Source: Alphaproteobacteria bacterium
Lineage (GTDB): Bacteria > Pseudomonadota > Alphaproteobacteria > UBA7985 > JAUIBT01
Direction of reading: 5' to 3'
Assembly: GCA_030428255.1 (NCBI GenBank)
Contig: JAUIBT010000018.1
Location: 18,378 to 82,377 of the forward strand
DNA: 64,000 nucleotides
How positions within the stretch are numbered: the first letter of the stretch is position 1; each line of letters starts with the position of its first letter. Shown in pieces: positions 39,327-47,402 of the stretch. The notes below the pieces were generated by a model. The model saw only the letters and a list, made by a program, of their open reading frames with translations. It ran no database searches and was not told the origin of the DNA. The position numbers and the translations under genes were made by a program.

Positions 39327-39513
39327 AATTTACGAGGCGGCTTGGCCCTTCAAGCACGAAGCGCCAAGAGCCGAGCCAGGCGAAATAAAATTTTACCTGG
39401 CGGTAATATTTTTACTGGCATGCGCGTTGTTTCATGGTTTAGCCTGCTGCACGCGTTGGCCGTTTGCGTGCAGCAACCCCCGACGCTCAATTCCAAAAAT
39501 GAGTGAGTGCCCC

Positions 39514-40710
39514 ATGGCCAAATCCCCTCCGCAACTCGCGACCTTGATACTCATGGCCATTTGGGGGGTCTTGTCGCTCAACATGTTCTTGCCAGCGCTC
39601 CCGAGCATGGCGGACTCGTTCCAAATTTCCTACGCGACGGTCTCGCTGGCTGTGTCGGGATACATGTACCTGACTGGAGCATTGCTGCTTGTCATCGGCC
39701 CATTGTCAGACATTATCGGCCGTAGGCGAACCAGCCTGGCGGCGGCCAGCATTTTTGTCGTGGCAAGCGTCGGCGCTATCCTTGCGACGCGCTTTGACGT
39801 TTTCATGGTGTTTCGTTTGCTTCAGGGCGTAGCCGTCGGCGGCTTTTCGCTCAGCCAGGCCGCCATTCGTGATACCACTGACAGCCAGGAGCAGGCCGCT
39901 AGCCGTATCGCAATCGTTGCGATGGTCATGGCAATTGGCCCCATGCTTGCCCCTATGGTTGGCGGTTTCTTGGATGTCCAATTCGGCTGGCGGGCGATTT
40001 TTGTTGCTCTTTGCTTGCTGGGTCTGGCGGTTCTAGGGTTCTGCTATTTCGACATGGGCGAGACCCGGCGCGATGGCGCGCTGTCCTTTTCCGAACGCGT
40101 CCAAGGCTACCGCTCCTTGCTAGCAACCCCGCAGTTTTGGGGCTTTGCTGTGACCCAGGCCTTTGCGCTTGGGATGTTCTTTGCCTTCCTTACCGGCATG
40201 CCGTTGCTTGGACAACAGGTCTTTAAATTGGAGCCAAGCCAGGTCGGCCTGCTGCTAGGCATGTTGCCGCTGGGCTATATTGCAGGCAATTTTTATACCA
40301 CTCGCAAGACGCGGACGCTTGATTTGGTGACCATCATGGAGCGCGGGCGCCTTGTCGGCTTGGGATCGATCCTTGCCACTATGGCGGTGGTCGCCCTAGG
40401 TGTGACCAATCCCTGGATTATTTTTGCACCGCTGGTCTTTTGTGGAGCTGCCAACGGCTTGACGATGGCACCTTCCAATGCTGGAGCCGTCTCCATCAAT
40501 CCGCGCTTGGCCGGCACTGCGGCAGGGCTCATGGGGGCCATGTCAACGGCGACCGGGGCTTCAATCGCCAGCCTCACCGCTTGGCTTATGGCCGGAAGCC
40601 CCACGACCATGACGCTTCTGGTCATCATGCTGGTTTGCGTAGTCTTGTCGGGAGTCGGCGTTCAAATCCTGCGTTGGTTGCAAAGAAGCGCCGCGCTGGG
40701 CGTACTATAG
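39514..40710 (+). CDS. Bcr/CflA family MFS efflux transporter
   Basis: LNMFLPALP, GPLSDIIGRR, RLLQG, AAIRD, APMVGG, FGWRAIF; ~12 TM segments. The track's extension to 39142 overlaps the previous gene and repeats. Confidence 0.9.
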   Translation: MAKSPPQLATLILMAIWGVLSLNMFLPALPSMADSFQISYATVSLAVSGYMYLTGALLLVIGPLSDIIGRRRTSLAAASIFVVASVGAILATRFDVFMVFRLLQGVAVGGFSLSQAAIRDTTDSQEQAASRIAIVAMVMAIGPMLAPMVGGFLDVQFGWRAIFVALCLLGLAVLGFCYFDMGETRRDGALSFSERVQGYRSLLATPQFWGFAVTQAFALGMFFAFLTGMPLLGQQVFKLEPSQVGLLLGMLPLGYIAGNFYTTRKTRTLDLVTIMERGRLVGLGSILATMAVVALGVTNPWIIFAPLVFCGAANGLTMAPSNAGAVSINPRLAGTAAGLMGAMSTATGASIASLTAWLMAGSPTTMTLLVIMLVCVVLSGVGVQILRWLQRSAALGVL

Positions 40711-41460
40711 CAGACCCATGGCTTTAAAACTGGCGTGACCTTTGCGGCCGATTATCAGGTGATCGTGGGTATCAATGCCCACGACCGACAAGGCCTTTTG
40801 GATTTCACGCGTCACGGCCACGTCCGCTTTTGAAGGTTGCGGGTCGCCCGAGGGGTGGTTGTGGACCAAGATCAAAGCCGAAGCATTCAGCTCCAGCGCC
40901 CGCTTGACGATCTCACGCACATAAACCTGGGCCTGATCGACGGTCCCCAGGCCATGGGGTTCGTGGTCAATCAAGCGGTTTTTGCGGTCCAAAAACAGCA
41001 GGTGGAATTCTTCGCGGTTCTTGTGAGCCAGTTTGGTGTGGCAGAATTTGATGACGGCCGTCCAGGATGACAGCACGGGCTTGTTGATCACAGTCTCTCG
41101 AGCGAGCAGTTCGCTCGCAGCCGCGACAACCTTGATGGCGCCCACCACAGCTTCGCTCACACCCTCGACTTGGCGCAGACGCTCGGGTTCGGCGGTAATA
41201 ACTTCAGAAAATCCGCCAAAACTACGGATTAGGGCTTTAGCCAGCGGCTTGGTGTCACCGCGCGAGCGGGCTCCGAACAAGACAAATTCCAACAGCTCGT
41301 AGTCGTGCAGCGCCTCTGAGCCGCCCTCGATCAAGCGTGCTCTCAAACGCTCACGATGACCGGCAGCGTCAGGTTTGTTCGCGCCCTTGGCTTTTGCAGC
41401 CTGCTTGACCCTGGCCTGGCCGGCGTCCTCGACAAACAGCCGCTTTTGCTCATCGGCCAT
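40705..41460 (-). CDS. radC: RadC (JAB domain) protein
   Basis: GHRERLR, DYELLE..L, HhH GVSEA, HNHPSGDP.PS..D, HDHLIIG. Confidence 0.93.
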   Translation of the reverse strand: MADEQKRLFVEDAGQARVKQAAKAKGANKPDAAGHRERLRARLIEGGSEALHDYELLEFVLFGARSRGDTKPLAKALIRSFGGFSEVITAEPERLRQVEGVSEAVVGAIKVVAAASELLARETVINKPVLSSWTAVIKFCHTKLAHKNREEFHLLFLDRKNRLIDHEPHGLGTVDQAQVYVREIVKRALELNASALILVHNHPSGDPQPSKADVAVTREIQKALSVVGIDTHDHLIIGRKGHASFKAMGLL

Positions 41461-41464
41461 GAGG

Positions 41465-42301
41465 TTAACCCTTGGCGTATGGTGGTTTGGTCAAACCAAG
41501 CGGCGAGTGGGTGAAAATCTCATATCCCGTTTCCGTGACGGCCAAAGAGTGCTCGAACTGTGCGGAAGGCTTACCGTCGGTCGTGCGGGCCGTCCAACCG
41601 TCTTTAGGATCGGTCCATGTGTCCTTAACGCCGATGTTGATCATCGGCTCGATGGTAAAAAACATCCCGGGTTGCAGTACCTGGCCTTCGCCGCGTCGGC
41701 CGGTATGAATAACCGATGGCGGCGCGTGAAACACCTGACCCAGGCCATGGCCGCAGAAGTCCTCGACCACCGAAAAGCCGTTGGCATGCGCGTGTTGAGC
41801 AATGGCAAAGCCGACATCGCCCAAGGTCTTGCCTGGCGCAACCTCTTCGATACCCAGCATAAGGCAATCATAGGTCACGTCGATCAACTTGCGCTTCTTT
41901 GAAGACAAGCTGGTCCAATCGCCCGCGACATACATGCGGCTGGTGTCGCCAAACCAACCGTCCAAAATGACCGTGACATCGATATTCAAAATATCGCCGC
42001 GCGCCAGCTTGGCCTTCTTGTTTGGAATGCCGTGGCACACAACCTCGTTGATCGAAATACAGCTCGACTTGGGATAGCCGCGATAGTTCAAGGTCGCGGG
42101 CACTGCGCCGTGTTCAATGATGAACGCGTGACACAGCTCGTCCAGCTTTGCCGTGGTGACCCCGGGCTCGACGAAGGGCGTGAGATAGTCCAAGACCTCG
42201 GCCGCCAATGCGCCGGCTTTGCGCATGCCCTCAAAACCTTTTTCGTCGTGGATGGGCACGGTTTCGCGTTTTCTGATCATGGTCTCGGGTCTTTTGGTCA
42301 T
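41465..42301 (-). CDS. map: type I methionine aminopeptidase
   Basis: SINEVVCHGIP, NIDVT, GDTSR, GHGLG..FH, FTIEPMIN, SAQFEH. Confidence 0.96.
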   Translation of the reverse strand: MTKRPETMIRKRETVPIHDEKGFEGMRKAGALAAEVLDYLTPFVEPGVTTAKLDELCHAFIIEHGAVPATLNYRGYPKSSCISINEVVCHGIPNKKAKLARGDILNIDVTVILDGWFGDTSRMYVAGDWTSLSSKKRKLIDVTYDCLMLGIEEVAPGKTLGDVGFAIAQHAHANGFSVVEDFCGHGLGQVFHAPPSVIHTGRRGEGQVLQPGMFFTIEPMINIGVKDTWTDPKDGWTARTTDGKPSAQFEHSLAVTETGYEIFTHSPLGLTKPPYAKG

Positions 42302-42554
42302 CGGTGCGTTGGGGGCTCAGACTTATCGCTCCTGATCGCAAGTCTCAATGCTTTTGGCAGACATCTGAGCCCTCAACGGGGACAAAACGAGATTTTTCCC
42401 GTCTTAAAATGGCATGATCGGCCCTTTGAGGAGTTTACAGAGCAAACTGCGTCCAATTGCTTGATCGTTGGTTGGCTTCGCGACGGCCTTGGCCCTTGCT
42501 TGAGCCAGCCAATGCGCCATAGTTGAGGCAAGAGCAACCAGCAGAGGCCAAGGT

Positions 42555-43310
42555 ATGTCCAATGCCGCCTTTTTGATTATTGGCAATGAGATCTTGTCCG
42601 GTCGGACCAAGGACGCCAATTTGGGCTATCTTGCCGAACGTCTGACTGACTGGGGCGTGGGACTGCGTGAGGTGCGGGTCGTCGCCGATGACAGTGCAGC
42701 GATAATTGCCGCTGTGCAAGACCTGTCGCAGCGCTATGATTACCTGTTCACCTCAGGCGGCATCGGGCCAACCCACGACGACATCACTGCTGAGAATGTT
42801 GCCAAGGCGATGGGGACCGAGCTGCACTTGGATCCAAAGGCCCACGCTCTGCTGCAAGACCACTACCGCCGTTCAAGCCTTGAGCTGAATGAAGCCCGCT
42901 TGAAGATGGCTTATTTACCGATCGGGGCAAGCCATATCGACAACCCGGTTTCGACCGCGCCGGGCTTTCAGATCGCTAATGTCTTCGTCATGGCGGGCGT
43001 ACCCAGGATTTTTCAAGCCATGGTTGACAGCCTTAAGCCGCGCCTGCGGGGCGGCCCGCCGGTGCTGTCGCGCAGCCTGGTGACCCACAAAGGGGAGGGT
43101 GACATTGCTCAGGGATTGGGCGCCTTGCAAGCCGAGTTTCCGGACGTTGACATGGGCTCCTACCCCTTCATGCGCATGGGAAATTTTGGTGTCAATCTCG
43201 TGTTGCGCTCACCTGATAAGGCCCGCCTGGACGCTGCATTTGTAGCGGTTTGGAGCCTGGTTGAAGCCCTGGGCGATCAACCTGAGGAACTGAGCGCAGA
43301 GGGAGGCTAG
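42555..43310 (+). CDS. CinA-like molybdopterin-binding domain protein
   Basis: [38 protein letters not shown]. Confidence 0.9.
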   Translation: MSNAAFLIIGNEILSGRTKDANLGYLAERLTDWGVGLREVRVVADDSAAIIAAVQDLSQRYDYLFTSGGIGPTHDDITAENVAKAMGTELHLDPKAHALLQDHYRRSSLELNEARLKMAYLPIGASHIDNPVSTAPGFQIANVFVMAGVPRIFQAMVDSLKPRLRGGPPVLSRSLVTHKGEGDIAQGLGALQAEFPDVDMGSYPFMRMGNFGVNLVLRSPDKARLDAAFVAVWSLVEALGDQPEELSAEGG

Positions 43311-44098
43311 TGTCAGTGCCAGCCCGGTTTTCCAACCCGCCTAAGGTGGCATTTCTGGCGAGTAGAGCGGACAATGCGCAAGACGCCCTGCAACGCTTGC
43401 AGGCGCGCTATCCGCACGTGGCGCCTTCAGAGGCAGATGTTTTCGTTGTACTGGGCGGCGACGGCTTTTTACTGGAAACGCTGCACGAGTTAAGCGGTGA
43501 TCGGCGGCCGATCTATGGCATGAACCAAGGTACGGTTGGGTTTTTGCTCAACACCTACCGGGAGGAGGCCTTGGTAGAGCGCTTGATGGGCGCGGTCCAC
43601 GTCAGTTTGCACCCACTGATCATGACCGCCGAGACCTACCAAGGCGGCCAGTTTACCGCCGAGGCGATCAACGAGGTCTCTTTGTTGCGCGAAACCCGCC
43701 AGGCGGCGCATCTCAAGATCTCGGTTGATGGTGTCGTGCGTATGCAGGAGCTAATTTGCGACGGTGTGATTTTGGCAACACCTGCAGGATCGACTGCCTA
43801 TAACCTCTCGGCGCACGGCCCGATTGTGCCTATGCGCGCGCGGCTGTTGGCTTTGACCCCGATCTCTGCCTTTCGCCCGCGTCGTTGGCGGGGCGCTCTG
43901 TTGCCAGACACGGTGGAAGTCAGCTTCGAAGTACTGCAGCCGGTCAAGCGCCCCGTGTCAGCCGTTGCCGACAGCACCGAGGTGCGCGACGTACGCAAGG
44001 TGACGGTACGCGCCGATTTTGACACCTCCTATACCCTGCTGTTTGACCCAGATCATCAACTTGAAGAACGGATTTTCCAAGAGCAGTTCGACTACTAG
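43310..44098 (+). CDS. nadK: NAD kinase
   Basis: [41 protein letters not shown] overlap with the upstream gene. Confidence 0.93.
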   Translation: MSVPARFSNPPKVAFLASRADNAQDALQRLQARYPHVAPSEADVFVVLGGDGFLLETLHELSGDRRPIYGMNQGTVGFLLNTYREEALVERLMGAVHVSLHPLIMTAETYQGGQFTAEAINEVSLLRETRQAAHLKISVDGVVRMQELICDGVILATPAGSTAYNLSAHGPIVPMRARLLALTPISAFRPRRWRGALLPDTVEVSFEVLQPVKRPVSAVADSTEVRDVRKVTVRADFDTSYTLLFDPDHQLEERIFQEQFDY

Positions 44099-44387
44099 GA
44101 CCTCGGGTGCGGGCGAAATTTGAGCGCCGCCGTAACGGCCCTAGACGACGCTATCCAAATAAGAGATCTGGCGCGATAGCGGTCAGTATCCACTGCAATC
44201 GTATGGGAGTGTTGGCGGGCCAACCAGTGGAGCGGGGCGTTGGGCAGCAATGGGTCAAGCGGCGTGTGCAGCTGGCGCGCGCAACACCGCAGTGCGAGAC
44301 GCCTTTGCCAGCCTGTGATCAAGCGGCGATGCGCGCCTGTGTCTGCAAGCAGCGCGCAGCTAACATATTGAAATGTCGGAAGGAAGA

Positions 44388-44463
44388 TGGTGTGCCCTGC
44401 AGGATTCGAACCTGCGACCCACTGATTAAAAGTCAGTTGCTCTACCAACTGAGCTAAGGGCAC
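44388..44463 (-). tRNA. tRNA-Lys (anticodon UUU), CCA encoded
   Basis: Minus strand GTGCCCTTAGCTCAGTTGGTAGAGCAACTGACTTTTAATCAGTGGGTCGCAGGTTCGAATCCTGCAGGGCACACCA; perfect acceptor stem, TTCGAAT T-loop. Confidence 0.97.
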
Positions 44464-44580
44464 CCGGGAGCGGTTGGATACGCAATCCCACCGGGACGGT
44501 CAAGCGTATTTTGCATTTTCTTTCATTTTGTTTGCCCCTGACCCTAACAGGCAACAACTTGCTGCTAACGCGCGTCCTGA

Positions 44581-45492
44581 CTAGAGATAGCGCAGTGTCA
44601 AAACATCCACCCGTGGCGGGACGCCGATGCGCAGAGGCAGCAAGGCCATGCCGATGCCGCCGGTGACAAACACCTGGTAGCCGTTTACTTGGTGGTGTCC
44701 CATCAAGTATGGCAGGTCGCTTTGGTTGAACCAGCGTTCTAAGCCAAACAAGGACACCTGCCCGCCGCGGGTGTGCCCTGCCATAACCAGATCGATGCCG
44801 GTGTTGCGTGGCAAGGCGGTCACATGATCGGGCTGGTGCACCAGCAGCATGTGCAGGTCGCTGGCGCTGCTCTCCTGGTCAGGCCGCAAGCGCTGACCGC
44901 CATGATCCAAGTCCGGCAGGCCGGACAGCGCGATCGTGTCGCCTTGGTGATCGAAAGTCACAGTACGATTGTCGATCACCTGCGCGCCAAACCTTGAGGC
45001 CGCTTGCCTGATTTGCTCGACATAACTGGCGTCTTTCGGGTCATGATCGCTGTCACCTGTGACCAAATAAACCGGGGCCTCAAACCCACCTAACTCGCTG
45101 ATAAAGCGTCTGAGATCAATGGGATCAGCGCGATCGACCAAATCGCCCGCGATCACTACCAAATCGGGGCGCAGCTTATTGACCGCTCGGTGGATGCGCC
45201 AAAGCGGCATGGGTTGGCCAAAGACGCCATACCGCGTGTCAGAGAACAGCGCGACCTTGAGCTGCTTTGGATTGTCGGCCCGTGCTGCTAGCGCCGAAAG
45301 CGACAGGCTTGTCTCTTTGATCAGCAGACGTCGGGGCTCGATGAAGCTGGCATAGGTCAGCACCAAAATGATCAAAAAGCCCGGCAACCAGTACAATTTG
45401 ACCTGCCAGCGACGGGTGAAAATTTGCCAGGCAGCAATCATCAACAGCGGCGGCAGCAAATAGGTGAGCCAAGAGGCCAGGGAAGCGATCAT
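44581..45492 (-). CDS. membrane-anchored calcineurin-like metallophosphoesterase (YkuE type); start uncertain
   Basis: Two N-terminal TM helices; FSD, AGDLVD, TGDSDH (variant of GNHD), LVHQPD, AGHTRGGQ (variant of GHTHGGQ). Confidence 0.82.
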   Translation of the reverse strand: MIASLASWLTYLLPPLLMIAAWQIFTRRWQVKLYWLPGFLIILVLTYASFIEPRRLLIKETSLSLSALAARADNPKQLKVALFSDTRYGVFGQPMPLWRIHRAVNKLRPDLVVIAGDLVDRADPIDLRRFISELGGFEAPVYLVTGDSDHDPKDASYVEQIRQAASRFGAQVIDNRTVTFDHQGDTIALSGLPDLDHGGQRLRPDQESSASDLHMLLVHQPDHVTALPRNTGIDLVMAGHTRGGQVSLFGLERWFNQSDLPYLMGHHQVNGYQVFVTGGIGMALLPLRIGVPPRVDVLTLRYL

Positions 45493-45565
45493 AACAGCTT
45501 GCTTTCTCTCTCTAGGTTGGCTGTAAACTAGCGAGTCTTCTTTGCGAACAGTGGCACGAAAATCC

Positions 45566-46330
45566 ATGACCCTAAAGCCTTTGGTAGCCGTCCCATCCGA
45601 TCTCATCAATGTTGATGGTCACGAAAGCTATAAATGCGGCGACAAGTATCTGCGGGCGCTCTGCGACTGCGCTGATGTTGTACCGATCATCATACCCGCC
45701 CTTGAGCGGGGCATTGACATGAAGAGCCTGGTGGCGCGTGTCGATGCCGTGATGCTGTCCGGCGGCCTGTCGAACGTCCACCCCAGCGTCATGGCGGAAC
45801 CCCACCAAGGTCAGCAGGTGGTGGAGCCCAGCGATCTGCGGCGCGATTACATCACTCAGCCTTTGATTCATGAAACCTTGGCCCAAGGCAAACCCTTGTT
45901 GGGTATCTGCCGAGGCATTCAAGAGCTGAACGTCGCGCTTGGCGGCAGCCTGCATCCCTTGGTGCACGAGGCAGAAGGCCTTGATGACCACCGCGAGCCC
46001 AAGAGCGAAGATGTCGCCGTGCGCTATGGCCCGAACCACGAGGTCGTGCTTGAGCCTGACGGCCTGCTGGCGACATGGATCAGCGAGCCGCGCTTTATGA
46101 TCAACTCGCTGCATTGGCAGGCGGTGCGCGATTTGGGCCAGGGTCTGCAGGTTGAGGCGCGCGCGCCTGACGGGCTGGTCGAAGCTGTGTCCTTGCCTTC
46201 GGCGGCTAAGCCGGTGGTCGCCGTGCAATGGCACCCCGAATTCCAAGCGATCAACAACCCGCAATCGCGTCAGCTCTTTGCAGGCTTCCGGCGCGCTATT
46301 GATGGCGCTGATTTCTTAGCGGCTACTTGA
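45566..46330 (+). CDS. gamma-glutamyl-gamma-aminobutyrate hydrolase family (PuuD-like, peptidase C26)
   Basis: LSGG.SNVHP, D.RRD, LGICRGIQELNVALGGSL, INSLHWQ, VQWHPE. Confidence 0.9.
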   Translation: MTLKPLVAVPSDLINVDGHESYKCGDKYLRALCDCADVVPIIIPALERGIDMKSLVARVDAVMLSGGLSNVHPSVMAEPHQGQQVVEPSDLRRDYITQPLIHETLAQGKPLLGICRGIQELNVALGGSLHPLVHEAEGLDDHREPKSEDVAVRYGPNHEVVLEPDGLLATWISEPRFMINSLHWQAVRDLGQGLQVEARAPDGLVEAVSLPSAAKPVVAVQWHPEFQAINNPQSRQLFAGFRRAIDGADFLAAT

Positions 46331-46340
46331 AGGAGCAACC

Positions 46341-47402
46341 GTGACCCTCTGCCAAGACCGCATACTCTCTCTATTGCTTAAGCTGATGGCGATCGATTCC
46401 CCGACGGGCCGGTGCCAGGCCAAAGCCGATTGGGTGGTCGCCCATCTACGCGGCTTGGGGATTGCAAGCGAGGTGACACGACGCGGCGCGGTTAGGGCTG
46501 TTTTGCCTGCCACTGCCGCCAAGACCAGCGAGCCGCTGGCTCTGGCGGCGCACTTGGATACGCTGGGCGCAATGGTCACCGGCCACCATGCCAACGGCAG
46601 GGCGCGTTTGACGCCTCTAGGCGGCCTGTCGGCGCGGGTCGTCGAAGGCGCGCGGGTCCGCCTGGAACAGCGCGACGGACGCTTGATTGCAGGCACGGTG
46701 ATGCCGCTCAAGGCCTCTGGGCATCGCTTTGGGGCGGAGCTGGAGCAGCAGGCCGTGTCCTGGGACAATCTGGAGCTGCGGCTTGATCTCCTGGCCGATT
46801 GGCAGGCCGATAGCGCGGCGCTGAAAGCGGCGGCGAACATTGGCGACTATGTCTTTTTTGACCCAGAGCCTCAGTGCAGCGATGAAGGGCTGATCAAAGC
46901 GCGCTTTATCGACAATCAGGCCGGCACCGCGATCTTGCTCGCGCTGGCGGAGCTGCTGGTCGGCGACCCGGAGCCCCGAGGGCGCGATCTGCATTTGCTG
47001 TTCTCGGTGAGCGAAGAGGTCGGCAGCGGCGGCGCACACCTGCTCACGCCGGAGATCAGCGAACTGATTGCCGTGGATATTGCCGTTAATGCTCCAGATC
47101 AGGGCTCCAGCGCCATGGGTGTGACGTTGGTGCACAAGGACAAGGGCGGGCCCTATGATTTTGGCTTGACGCGCGCGCTGGCCGCTTTGGCCGAGGATGA
47201 GGCCCTGACCATGAGCGACGATGTGTTTAGGTTTTACTTTTCTGATACCCATCCTGCGACCCTGGCGGGCAACGACTGCCGCATGGCCTTGGTTTGCTAT
47301 GCTTGCGAGGCGACCCACGGTCACGAGCGCAGCCACCTGGCTTCGATCTTGGAGACCGGCAAGCTGCTGCTGGCGGCGGCCAAAGCCCCCCGCCTGGGCT
47401 AA
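46341..47402 (+). CDS. M42 family metallopeptidase (resembles the NAGGN-system-associated subfamily)
   Basis: AHLDTLGAMV, RLTPLGG, ARFIDNQAG, SEEVGSG, VDIAV, GPYDF.L, THGHERSH. Confidence 0.8.
   Translation: MTLCQDRILSLLLKLMAIDSPTGRCQAKADWVVAHLRGLGIASEVTRRGAVRAVLPATAAKTSEPLALAAHLDTLGAMVTGHHANGRARLTPLGGLSARVVEGARVRLEQRDGRLIAGTVMPLKASGHRFGAELEQQAVSWDNLELRLDLLADWQADSAALKAAANIGDYVFFDPEPQCSDEGLIKARFIDNQAGTAILLALAELLVGDPEPRGRDLHLLFSVSEEVGSGGAHLLTPEISELIAVDIAVNAPDQGSSAMGVTLVHKDKGGPYDFGLTRALAALAEDEALTMSDDVFRFYFSDTHPATLAGNDCRMALVCYACEATHGHERSHLASILETGKLLLAAAKAPRLG

Noticed and set aside
39142-39513. N-terminal extension of the Bcr transporter (likewise acuI to 35449 and leuD to 36202)
   Set aside because: Extensions cross the previous gene, repeats or terminators; family homology begins at the downstream starts.
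40705-41460. radC as a sign of a mobile element
   Set aside because: Full-length form with HhH region directly downstream of map, the usual chromosomal context.
44095-44463. ORFs on both strands overlapping tRNA-Lys
   Set aside because: They run through a perfect tRNA gene and lack credible starts or motifs.
44581-45492. Metallophosphoesterase as the PdeM partner of the Lhr helicase
   Set aside because: It has N-terminal TM helices and YkuE-type motifs, is separated from lhr by two opposite-strand genes, and does not look like PdeM.
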